In this document: positions 37,627-46,457 of the stretch, one piece after another
Layout: every line of letters starts with the position of its first letter
Numbering within the stretch: position 1 is the stretch's first letter
DNA from: Syntrophaceae bacterium UBA1062
GTDB taxonomy: Bacteria > Desulfobacterota > Desulfomonilia > UBA1062
NCBI GenBank assembly: GCA_002316295.1
Contig: DCDF01000173.1
Coordinates: 1 to 59,918 of the forward strand
DNA: 59,918 nucleotides
Direction: 5' to 3'
Position numbers and translations under genes: made by a program
Notes under the pieces: model-generated
The model's input: the letters and a program-made list of their open reading frames with translations, nothing else
Databases searched by the model: none
What the model was told of the DNA's origin: nothing

Positions 37627-38681
37627 CAGACGCCCCCCCTTCCCCGGCCGGAGCGCCTCCAGATGAACACTCCCAGGAGAATCAGGCTGAAGAATACGTT
37701 GGGCGTCCATGCCCCGATCACGGGATTCAGCAGCTCTCCTTTCACGAGCCGGTCCGCCAGGAGAAAGACGAGGTAGTAGCCCAGGATCGTGCCGAGCCCG
37801 AGCACGATCCCCGTGTGACGGGGAGATCTCGGCCGCTGGATGCCGAACTGCATCCCTACAAGGGCGAGAATGATGTTGATCACCGGGAAGGCGTAGCGGT
37901 TGTGATACTCCTTGATCAGCTTGGGCTTGGGCGTTTCCTCGATCAGATCCGCAAGCTCCGGCTGCGTGAGCGCGTCCGCCGCCCTGATCCGGAGTTCGCG
38001 TCGAAAATCAGCCTCAAGGGTGAAGAAATACTCTTCAAAGGTGATGTAGCGTAAATTCTGCCCTGATTCCATGAACACGCTGCCGTCCGTGAGCCTCATG
38101 ACAATGCCGGAATCGGAGAAGTCTATGGTTCCCTTCTCGGCCGAGACGATTGTCCGACCGTTGCCGCCGGTTTCGATATATACGTTGTTGAGCTGCCTGG
38201 CTACCTGGTTGACCGACTCCACATAGAGCGTGACGCCCGTGAATGTATCCACGAACTCCCGCTCCTCGATGAAGGAGTAGATCTTCTCCGGCGCCTTTTC
38301 AACGAGGCGTTGCTGTATCTTCTGCATGGAAAGCGGGCCCAGGAAAGTGGAAATGCCGGCATGCAGGACAAGACATACGACGGCCGCCGCCAGGAAGGGA
38401 GCGTAGAGGGTGCGAAGGCGGATCCCGCAGGCCTGCATTGCGATGATCTCCGACTCGGTGGAGAGCTTCTCCAGGACCATGAGGACACCGAAGATCAGTG
38501 CCATGGGCAGGACGAACACCGCCAGAGGCACCAGCGCGAGGAGCAGGACGTCGAGATCCTCCAGCGAGACGATCTGTCCGATGCGTATCCACTGGACCAC
38601 GAACATGACGCCATACAGCACCAGCGAGGCACCGAGAAAGATCTTGATAAAATGGCTTAAGATGTATCGCTGAATGATCAT
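37626..38681 (-). CDS. lptF: LPS export ABC transporter permease LptF (YjgP/YjgQ family)
   Basis: Starts at MIIQRYILSHFIKIF, a typical family N-terminus. Same architecture as lptG. Confidence 0.8.
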   Translation of the reverse strand: MIIQRYILSHFIKIFLGASLVLYGVMFVVQWIRIGQIVSLEDLDVLLLALVPLAVFVLPMALIFGVLMVLEKLSTESEIIAMQACGIRLRTLYAPFLAAAVVCLVLHAGISTFLGPLSMQKIQQRLVEKAPEKIYSFIEEREFVDTFTGVTLYVESVNQVARQLNNVYIETGGNGRTIVSAEKGTIDFSDSGIVMRLTDGSVFMESGQNLRYITFEEYFFTLEADFRRELRIRAADALTQPELADLIEETPKPKLIKEYHNRYAFPVINIILALVGMQFGIQRPRSPRHTGIVLGLGTILGYYLVFLLADRLVKGELLNPVIGAWTPNVFFSLILLGVFIWRRSGRGRGGV

Positions 38682-38797
38682 GGCGCACGGATTATACTCA
38701 CTGTCCGTTGACGTGTCCATATCATAAGACAGCATTGGAGGAACCTTTATCCGGGGAAGAGTATCGGGGGCTCTCCGGCAGACTGCTGTGCTGACGA

Positions 38798-38826
38798 TTG
38801 ACAGTCACCCGAGAACCTAGTATGTT
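38798..38826 (+). promoter_or_regulatory. Candidate sigma70-type promoter directly abutting the OmpA-like gene
   Basis: TTGACA (38798-38803), a 17-nt spacer, then TATGTT (38821-38826). The ATG at 38835 lies only 8 nt after the -10 element. Confidence 0.35.
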
Positions 38827-38834
38827 TTTACTCA

Positions 38835-39632
38835 ATGAAAACATATTGTCTGCGTATCCTTCCCGTACTCTTCATTCCGCTGGTCTTCGGATGCGCTCAC
38901 AAATACAGTGAGGCCGAATATCTCGCCGTCGCCGACCAGCTGAACGCCTGCAGCCAGGAGCTCAAGATGGTCAGGGAGGACAACATTCAGCTCTCGGACA
39001 AGCTGAGCCGCGTCCAGGAGGAGCTCGACAAAACGAACGCCTCCCTCACCTCTTCGCTCGCAGAAAAGCAGGACCTGCTGGACAGGAACATCCTCTGTCT
39101 CGAGGAAAAGAAGGCCCTCATGAAGCAGATCTCCCAGAGCAACACCGCCCTCCAGGAGAAGAAAGAGGCGCAGTGGCGCATGAGCAAGGGCTATGAATAC
39201 ATTGTGTCTTTCATGGAGGCCGAGCGTGTCAAAGACCAGGTGTATATCATCCGCACTTCAGACAGGATAAAGGTCGTTCTCCCCCAGAGGACACTCTTTC
39301 CCACACCGGCGAGCGCCTGGCTGACCCCTCGGGGTTCGCAACTCGTCAAGAAGGTCGCGACCGGGCTCAAGCAGCTCAACCCGGTGGCGATCGAGATCGC
39401 CGGACATACCGACAATACACCCGCAGCGAGCTCGGCCAACAGCGCATATCCTACGAACTGGCACCTGGCTCAGGCGCGCGCCATCTCCGTTCTTCTCGTC
39501 TTGGGCGAATCAGGCGTCGCGAAAGATAAAATGAGCGCCGTCTCCTTCGGCGACACCAGACCCATTGCGGACAACGCGTCGGAAGAAGGCAGGGCCATGA
39601 ACAGACGGGTGGAAATAGTCATCACTCCATAG
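38835..39632 (+). CDS. OmpA/MotB-domain lipoprotein with a coiled-coil region
   Basis: Has a lipobox (LVFGC), a long heptad-like segment, and a C-terminal OmpA-like domain (GHTDNTP...NWHLAQARA...NRRVEIVI). Confidence 0.85.
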   Translation: MKTYCLRILPVLFIPLVFGCAHKYSEAEYLAVADQLNACSQELKMVREDNIQLSDKLSRVQEELDKTNASLTSSLAEKQDLLDRNILCLEEKKALMKQISQSNTALQEKKEAQWRMSKGYEYIVSFMEAERVKDQVYIIRTSDRIKVVLPQRTLFPTPASAWLTPRGSQLVKKVATGLKQLNPVAIEIAGHTDNTPAASSANSAYPTNWHLAQARAISVLLVLGESGVAKDKMSAVSFGDTRPIADNASEEGRAMNRRVEIVITP

Positions 39633-39704
39633 GGCCTCTCCCCGCCGTCTCCTGCGTATAAAGTTTTATATCGCGGCTCCCGATAGTATCCACCAAGGCG
39701 TGCG

Positions 39705-41960
39705 ATGGCGAGCGAGAAGTATCGGAAAATACTCGAAGATATGCAGGAGGGCTATTACGAGATAGACCTCGAAGGCACCTTTACCTATGTCAACGAATCC
39801 CTCTGCAGGATAGCCGAAGAGAACATCGACAAGATCATCGGCGTGAATTTCACCAGTTACACCACAAAGGCCACCGCCAAAAAGGTGTTCAGGGCGTTCA
39901 ACGAGGCATTCAGGACAGGCATTCCCAAGAGAATCGAGTATGAGATCATCCTCCCATCCGGGAAAAGAAAGATCATAGACAACTCCGCAAGTCTGCTCAA
40001 GGACGACGGCGGTAATATCGTAGGGTTCTGCGGGCTTGTCACCGATATCACGAAGCGGCGCCGCCTTGAAGACCAGATCCGCGAAAACCGGAGGCGCTAC
40101 GAGGCGCTCTTCGAGAATGCCAACGAGCTGATCATCACGACCGACGAATACGGCTACATCAAGCGCATGAACAAGAAGGTCGAGGAGATATCCGGCTACA
40201 CCAGAAAGGAGATGATCGGGCAGAGCATTCTCATTATAGCCCATCCGGAAGACCGGAGCGTCTATATCGAATTCTGGAAGGAGATCCTGGCTGGAAATAC
40301 TCCGCGGTTCGAACTCAGGGCGACGGCGAAAGGGGGCGAGACGGAGTATCTGCTCGCAAGCGGATCCGTGGTGAAGAAAGGCGGGAAGATCGTCGAGATC
40401 CAGTACAACGCCCAGGTGATCTCGGACCTCAAGGAAGCCCAGCACACCATCGTCGATCTGTCGAACTATCTCAACAGCATCATCGAATCCAGCCCCAATG
40501 TGATCATATGCCTCGACCGATCCGGAAAGATCCGGATGGCCAACCCCGTTACTACCAGGATTTTCCGCAAATCCCCCTCCTCGATCATCGACAGGGAGAT
40601 CTCATATCTCAGCTCCGACATGAAGGAGTTCGAGAGCGTGATCAGAGAGGTTCAGGAGAGGCGTGTGCCGCAGTTCTTCCATGGAAGGACGCTCGACGGC
40701 GTTTCCCACCAGATCTTCGATATCAGCATTTACCCCCTCATTGATCCCGTACACGGCGGGGTCGTGTTCACCGCCGTGGACATCACGGAAAAGAAGAACA
40801 TGGAGATTCAGCTGATCCATGCCCAGAAAATGGAGACGATCGGCGAGCTCGCGGGCGGCGTGGCCCACGACTTCAACAATATTCTGACCGGGATTTCCGG
40901 GAACCTCGCCATGCTGCGCTATACCACCGACCGCGCGAAACAGCTCGCATATCTCGACACCCTCGAGAAGATCGGCGACCGGGCCAGAGATCTCATCCGG
41001 CAGATGCTGGTGTTCACCAAACGGCACGAAGGACGGCCCGAAAATATCTCCATCTGCCAGGTGATCGAAGAAGTCATAGACATGGCCTCGAAATCCATCC
41101 CGAAAAACATTTGCTTGAGCATCGGGAATATGGACAGAGACGCCACGGTGTACATGGATCATACCCATCTCACCCAGGTCATGCTGAACCTCATCGTGAA
41201 TGCAAAAGACGCCATCGGCAACAAACAGCGGGGACGCATATCCATCGACACGAAGATCATCTCGGTCGATAAGGGCCTCAAACGGCAATACCTTCTCGGC
41301 ACACCTGGCAGGTACGTGAAGATAGAAGTGTCTGACAACGGGTGCGGAATGAGCGACGAAATACTCCCGAAGATTTTCGACCCCTTCTTTTCCACCAAGC
41401 AGAAAGGCACTGCAAAGGGAACCGGGCTGGGGCTCTCCATCACCTACAATATCGTCAAGAATGCAGACGGCGGCATTCAGGTGCAGTCCGAAGAAGGCAA
41501 GGGCTCCCGGTTCACCATACTCCTTCCTCTGTCGAAGACCAGAAATAAAACCCTTCGTGCCGGGGACGGGCCTGCCGGCGGTTCGGAACAGAACAAGGCC
41601 AGAATTCTTCTGGTGGACGACGAGGACATGCTGCGTGACATCGGCAAGGAGATGCTCGAATACCTGGGCCACGAGGTAGAGACAGCCCATGACGGCTACA
41701 GCTGCCTGGAAAAGCTCAAGAATATCAAGCCGGGCTTCGATCTCGTCATCCTCGACATGATCATGCCCGGGCTCGACGGGTATCATACCCTGCAAGAGAT
41801 GCTCAAACGCGGCATCACCACCAAAGTGATCATTTCGTCCGGATTCTCGTTCGAGCATGAGCGGCAGGAGATGTTCAGTAATCCGCTCATTGTCGCGAAG
41901 CTGAACAAGCCGTTCAACATGAATGAGCTGTCCTCGGTTCTCGTAGATGTGCTCAACTGA
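39705..41960 (+). CDS. Multi-PAS hybrid sensor histidine kinase / response regulator
   Basis: Several PAS repeats, the H-box GGVAHDFNNILTGI, HATPase motifs (DNGCGM, GTGLGLS), and a C-terminal receiver domain (ILLVDDEDM...DLVILDMIMPGLDG). Confidence 0.9.
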   Translation: MASEKYRKILEDMQEGYYEIDLEGTFTYVNESLCRIAEENIDKIIGVNFTSYTTKATAKKVFRAFNEAFRTGIPKRIEYEIILPSGKRKIIDNSASLLKDDGGNIVGFCGLVTDITKRRRLEDQIRENRRRYEALFENANELIITTDEYGYIKRMNKKVEEISGYTRKEMIGQSILIIAHPEDRSVYIEFWKEILAGNTPRFELRATAKGGETEYLLASGSVVKKGGKIVEIQYNAQVISDLKEAQHTIVDLSNYLNSIIESSPNVIICLDRSGKIRMANPVTTRIFRKSPSSIIDREISYLSSDMKEFESVIREVQERRVPQFFHGRTLDGVSHQIFDISIYPLIDPVHGGVVFTAVDITEKKNMEIQLIHAQKMETIGELAGGVAHDFNNILTGISGNLAMLRYTTDRAKQLAYLDTLEKIGDRARDLIRQMLVFTKRHEGRPENISICQVIEEVIDMASKSIPKNICLSIGNMDRDATVYMDHTHLTQVMLNLIVNAKDAIGNKQRGRISIDTKIISVDKGLKRQYLLGTPGRYVKIEVSDNGCGMSDEILPKIFDPFFSTKQKGTAKGTGLGLSITYNIVKNADGGIQVQSEEGKGSRFTILLPLSKTRNKTLRAGDGPAGGSEQNKARILLVDDEDMLRDIGKEMLEYLGHEVETAHDGYSCLEKLKNIKPGFDLVILDMIMPGLDGYHTLQEMLKRGITTKVIISSGFSFEHERQEMFSNPLIVAKLNKPFNMNELSSVLVDVLN

Positions 41961-42145
41961 AACAGGTCATCCGGGAATGAGCCGATTGCAGAGCATAACC
42001 CCCGGTGCATCTTGAGCGTCACTCTCTCGTCCGCGGAGCGACGGATTCCATGAACAGGTCGAGCGGCTTAAATATGCCCGCATGAATGCCGATAAGGGGA
42101 ATACCTGGAGGCCTGAGGTCCGAACATCTTGAAAAGGAGCGTGTC

Positions 42146-44050
42146 ATGGAAAATATGCAGCCCTCTGACGCCGTACTGGAAAGCTTCGCATCCGTTGCAC
42201 TGGATGCGCTCGATACCCTGAGCGCACCGGTTTACATCAAGGATTCGAACCTCCGGTTTGTCTGGTTGAACAGGGCGTATCTCGGCATGCTCAAGCTCGC
42301 CGCAAGGGAAGAAGCCCTCGGGAAGACCGACAGTGACATCTATGATCCGGAAACGGCGGTGACCCTCCACGACGCGGAAAAGGCCCTGCTGGACGGCAAA
42401 CGCCCAATCCGGGATATGCTTGCGGACATACCCTGCCCTGACGGGGTCCGCAGATCGTTTGTGAGGAATCTGGCCCCTGTTCTCAGACAGGGATCACTGG
42501 CGGGGCTGATAGGCTTCTGCGCCGAGGCGGCCCGCCCGGTCAGTGAGCAGAAGGCTTTCTTCGAAGACCTCTTTGTCAACGCCGCATCCGTGGCTGCGGT
42601 CACGGATGAGAAGGGCGACATCATCAGGATAAACAAAAAGGCAGCCCTGATGTTTTTCGGCGAGGAGGGCAATGAGCATTCGGCCGAGGGAAAAAACATC
42701 CTGGACTTCATCCATGCCGACGACCGGCAGAAGGCGGTGAAGCTGTGGAAAAAGAGCATCGCGGAAAAGAAAGAGGTCAATTATCAGATCCGCATGAAGA
42801 CATACGACGGCCGTGTTCTGTACCTGCTCATCAGCGGCAGGCCGATCGTCAGGGAAGGCCGCGTCGTTTCTCTGCACTATCAGGCCCTGGATATGATTGA
42901 TCAGAAGGCGCAGGAAAAGAACCTGCTCCACTCCGAGAGCGTCGAGATGCTCGGTCAGCTGGTAGGAGGTTTTGCACACGATTTCAACAATCTTCTTACG
43001 GTCATCAACGGCTATTCCGAGATGATGCTGAGGACGATAGACAGTTCTCATCCGTTCTACGGCAAGCTATCCCAGATCTGTCAGGCCGGCGGCCAGGCAT
43101 CCATGCTGACTCAGAAGATTCTGGAGTTCAGCAGGAAGAACAGGTCAGAGCCCAAGGAAATCGATATCAGCGAGGAGCTGGCCAACCAGGAGGCGATTCT
43201 CAAGCACGTCATCGACGAGAACGTGAAACTGACCGTCCAGAAGGCTGAAGGGCTCGGAAAGATAAAAATCGACCCGGCCCAGTTCGCCAAGGTGCTGCTG
43301 AATCTCGTGATCAACGCCAAGGAAGCCATACAGGGGAGCGGAGAGATCGTCGTTTCTGCAGGCGCCATTATCGTCGACGAATCAAACGCACACCTCTTCC
43401 ACAATATCCAGCCCGGCAAATACCTTCTTCTGCGGGTGAGGGACACGGGCTCGGGCATGAGCGATGAGGTGAAACAGCACATTTTCGATCCTTTTTTCAC
43501 CACGCGGGAAGGCGGGAAAGGCATCGGTCTGTGGGCCGTCAATAGCATTGTCAAGGATGCGAAAGGCTCGATTCATGTGGAAAGTGCACCGGCCGGGGGC
43601 ACTACCTTTACGATCCTCCTGCCGTTCTCCGGAGAGGTGCACGCCGACCCGGCGCCCGCCCCTTCGGATATCACGGGGAAAACTATTCTCGTAGTCGAGG
43701 ACGACGATACCGTTCGTGAGCTCGTCAGCGAGATACTCAAGCATAAAGGACATCACATTCTGACCGCCATAAACGGCGGAGACGCGCTCCAACTCGCGAG
43801 GCAGTACGAAGGCGGTATCGATCTTCTCATTACCGATATGGTGATGAGAAGAATCGACGGCATTATGCTCTCGAAAAAAATGCGCTCCATACTGCCGGAC
43901 ATACGGGTCATGCTCATGTCCGGGTACGGGGAAGACGTCATCAGGCCCGAGGAGCTCAAAGATATCACCTTTCTGCAGAAGCCGTTCCTGCCCCAGGACC
44001 TCATTGCCCGGGTGGACGTGATCTTCAGCAATGATGCGAAGACCGTGTAG
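42146..44050 (+). CDS. PAS hybrid sensor histidine kinase / response regulator
   Basis: Starts at MENMQPSD behind the SD AAGGAG. Has PAS domains, the H-box GGFAHDFNNLLTVI, HATPase motifs and a receiver domain (ILVVEDDDT...DLLITDMVM). Confidence 0.9.
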   Translation: MENMQPSDAVLESFASVALDALDTLSAPVYIKDSNLRFVWLNRAYLGMLKLAAREEALGKTDSDIYDPETAVTLHDAEKALLDGKRPIRDMLADIPCPDGVRRSFVRNLAPVLRQGSLAGLIGFCAEAARPVSEQKAFFEDLFVNAASVAAVTDEKGDIIRINKKAALMFFGEEGNEHSAEGKNILDFIHADDRQKAVKLWKKSIAEKKEVNYQIRMKTYDGRVLYLLISGRPIVREGRVVSLHYQALDMIDQKAQEKNLLHSESVEMLGQLVGGFAHDFNNLLTVINGYSEMMLRTIDSSHPFYGKLSQICQAGGQASMLTQKILEFSRKNRSEPKEIDISEELANQEAILKHVIDENVKLTVQKAEGLGKIKIDPAQFAKVLLNLVINAKEAIQGSGEIVVSAGAIIVDESNAHLFHNIQPGKYLLLRVRDTGSGMSDEVKQHIFDPFFTTREGGKGIGLWAVNSIVKDAKGSIHVESAPAGGTTFTILLPFSGEVHADPAPAPSDITGKTILVVEDDDTVRELVSEILKHKGHHILTAINGGDALQLARQYEGGIDLLITDMVMRRIDGIMLSKKMRSILPDIRVMLMSGYGEDVIRPEELKDITFLQKPFLPQDLIARVDVIFSNDAKTV

Positions 44051-44151
44051 TTGTCCGCCGGGTCTGGGGTAAAGACTTTCCGCCCTATCCATCTGTTTCA
44101 CGATACTTTCTCCTGCTTCTCCGAAGGCCTTTCCTCTGATACAGTATCGCA

Positions 44152-44835
44152 ATGCCCTGGCATGGATGGACGGTATCTCCGAAAGAGGCGCGCGCACTCC
44201 AGGAGCGCCTTCGCCCGCAGCGGATCCTGACCGATTCGTTCCCCCCGCTCGCGCACGTGGGAGGAGTCGATGTCGCATACAGTCGGATGACGGGCGGCGC
44301 CTGCTGCATTATCTCTGTGTTCACGTATCCAGAGCTCGGCCTGAAGAGTATCGCACAGGCCTGCGGGACAGTCGACTTCCCCTATATCCCCGGGCTCCTG
44401 ACATTCCGGGAAGGCCCGCTCATCGAGGAGGCGTTCGGCCGGCTCGAGATCAGGCCCGAGGTGCTTCTCTTCGACGGCCACGGCATCAGCCATCCGCGAG
44501 GAATGGGTGTGGCGACGCACATGGGCATTCTCCTGGACTGTGCTGCCGTCGGCTGTGCAAAGACGCCGTTGACAGGCGCGTTCGACCCGCCGGGAGAACA
44601 CAAGGGCAGCATGTCGCTGGTCAGGCTCAGGGGCGAAACCGTAGGATGCGTTCTCAGGACCCGGGACAGGGTCAGGCCGGTGTTCGTGTCTCAGGGACAC
44701 CGGGTCGGCCTGGAGAGCGCAGTCCGGATCTGCCTTTCCTGCGTGAGGGGATACCGGATTCCCGAGCCCCTTCGGTGGGCCCACATCATAGCGCGCAGGA
44801 CTGTCCGGGCGATGTTCGAATCCGCCCCGGCGTAA
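44152..44835 (+). CDS. nfi: Endonuclease V
   Basis: 227 aa. Contains VGGVDVAY, FPYIPGLLTFREGP and LLFDGHGISHPRGMGVATHMG, the canonical Nfi motifs. Confidence 0.9.
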   Translation: MPWHGWTVSPKEARALQERLRPQRILTDSFPPLAHVGGVDVAYSRMTGGACCIISVFTYPELGLKSIAQACGTVDFPYIPGLLTFREGPLIEEAFGRLEIRPEVLLFDGHGISHPRGMGVATHMGILLDCAAVGCAKTPLTGAFDPPGEHKGSMSLVRLRGETVGCVLRTRDRVRPVFVSQGHRVGLESAVRICLSCVRGYRIPEPLRWAHIIARRTVRAMFESAPA

Positions 44836-44870
44836 TACGCTACGGCGGGGCTTCACCGAAGACCGGCCGC

Positions 44871-45587
44871 TTATCGTACGGAGAGCCGGCCCACGAACCC
44901 GATGAGCATATCTGCGATGGAGGAGATCTCCTCTTCGGCAAAGGATCCGGCCTGCGCGAAACGCTCATCGAGGTGTTTGGAGACCACGAACCTCTGGAGG
45001 ATATAATGCCGCGCGCCTTTTATCATACAGCCGATCGCCTTGAAATCTTCAAGATTCAGGAGCCCTTTCACCATGGTCGTCCGGAATTCGTACGGCAGGC
45101 CGGATCTCATGACAATCCCGATGCTCTCCTCAACGGCGGCAGGATCGCATGTGATTCGAACCGTTTCCTCATACCGGGAAAGCGGCGCCTTTACGTCCAT
45201 GGCGATGTAGTCGACGAGCCCCGACATGGTCGCCTCAAAGAGGACCTCCGGGAAGGACCCGTTGGTGTCGAGCTTCACCAGGTACCCCATTTCCTTGACT
45301 TCTTTGATGAACGACAGAAGCCCGGCCTGCATGCAGGGCTCACCGCCCGTGATCGTCACCGCGTCGCACCGCCCCCGCCTGGTTTCGAGAAAGGAGAATA
45401 TATCCTGGATATCAAGAGGTGGCGTAAACCGCGAAGGATCGACCAGCTCCGGGTTATGGCAGTACGGACAGCGGAAGTTGCATCCCTGTGTGAACACCAC
45501 TGCGCTGATCTTTCCGGGGTATTCGATGAGAGATGTCTTCTGCAGATACCCGATCCTCATGCCTGCATGGTCTGTTATTTTGGGCAT
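44871..45587 (-). CDS. nrdG: Anaerobic ribonucleoside-triphosphate reductase activating protein (radical SAM)
   Basis: Has the CNFRCPYCHN cluster motif, and the length and pattern of the NrdG/PflA-like activases. Confidence 0.88.
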   Translation of the reverse strand: MPKITDHAGMRIGYLQKTSLIEYPGKISAVVFTQGCNFRCPYCHNPELVDPSRFTPPLDIQDIFSFLETRRGRCDAVTITGGEPCMQAGLLSFIKEVKEMGYLVKLDTNGSFPEVLFEATMSGLVDYIAMDVKAPLSRYEETVRITCDPAAVEESIGIVMRSGLPYEFRTTMVKGLLNLEDFKAIGCMIKGARHYILQRFVVSKHLDERFAQAGSFAEEEISSIADMLIGFVGRLSVR

Positions 45588-45979
45588 AGCTCTTCCTTAG
45601 CACAGGTTCTTTTCGAAACGGACAAGAAAAACAATGCCGGCCCTCATAACAGCGATCATGCAAAACACTTCCGAACGAAATGTGAAGTCGAGATGCCGCA
45701 TAGTTCATAATAACTGTTATTATCCTTGATTCATGGCGTCATGTTGTGAAAAAATTACGGGCGATATCGGTGAGCGATATACCATGGCGGGCCGCTACAC
45801 AAATGCGGCCTTTGCAGTTCAGGGCACAGGGATGAGAGAGGTCGGCTGATCTCAGGCCTTGACTCCAGCCGTGGATGGCCCCCCTTATGGGCGGGCGTGG
45901 CCTTTTCCCGATTACTTCGATGGTCGCGTGGAAAAGGCCGGGCACCACTGACAAGGAATGAGATGAAAGGAGCTCACCC

Positions 45980-46357
45980 ATGAGCATCGGTCGAATACTT
46001 GTCATGGATGACGAAGAGATTATCCGGGATGTCCTGAGCAGCATGCTCGATTTCCTGGGCTATGAAGTCCAGGTCGCTTCCGACGGTGCTCAGGCCCTGA
46101 GCATGTACCGGGAAGCAATGGATGCCGGCAAGCCCTTCGATGCGGTTATCATGGACCTTACTGTGCCGGGGGGTATGGGCGGCAAGGAAGCGATTCACGA
46201 TCTGCTTGAGATGGATCCGAATGCAAAGGCCATTGTATCCAGCGGATACTCCACCGATCCGGTGGTGACGAACTATCAGGATTACGGGTTCAAAGGCGTC
46301 ATTTCCAAGCCCTTCAAGATCGAAGAACTCAAAGAGGCCGTTCAGGCCCTCGTCTGA
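45980..46357 (+). CDS. Stand-alone receiver-domain response regulator (CheY-like)
   Basis: 125 aa. ILVMDDEE...DAVIMDLTVPGGMGG...SSGYS...KPF. There is no output domain. Confidence 0.9.
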   Translation: MSIGRILVMDDEEIIRDVLSSMLDFLGYEVQVASDGAQALSMYREAMDAGKPFDAVIMDLTVPGGMGGKEAIHDLLEMDPNAKAIVSSGYSTDPVVTNYQDYGFKGVISKPFKIEELKEAVQALV

Positions 46358-46383
46358 GACGGCTCCGCCGTTACCCGGCCTTT

Positions 46384-46413
46384 CTCCGAGGGGTGCGCAC
46401 GGCGCCCTCGGAG
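46384..46413. terminator. Hairpin between the convergent response-regulator and nrdD genes
   Basis: CTCCGAGGG (46384-46392) pairs with CCCTCGGAG (46405-46413) around a 12-nt loop. There is no U-tract on either strand. Confidence 0.3.
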
Positions 46414-46457
46414 TCCTGCTCGAACATCTCCGGGCCAGCCGTGCGGACGTGAACGGA

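Noticed and set aside
44166-45710. 514-aa + strand ORF spanning nfi (in another frame) and the antisense strand of nrdG.
   Set aside because: The translation is Arg/Pro/Gly-rich with no motifs. The nfi frame (44152-44835) and the nrdG frame (minus strand) both carry canonical motifs.
45734-45850. 38-codon + strand ORF (MASCCEKITGDIGERY...) in the nrdG/receiver spacer.
   Set aside because: It has no SD and no recognisable peptide family, and its length is within chance expectation. The region is reported as structured non-coding DNA instead.
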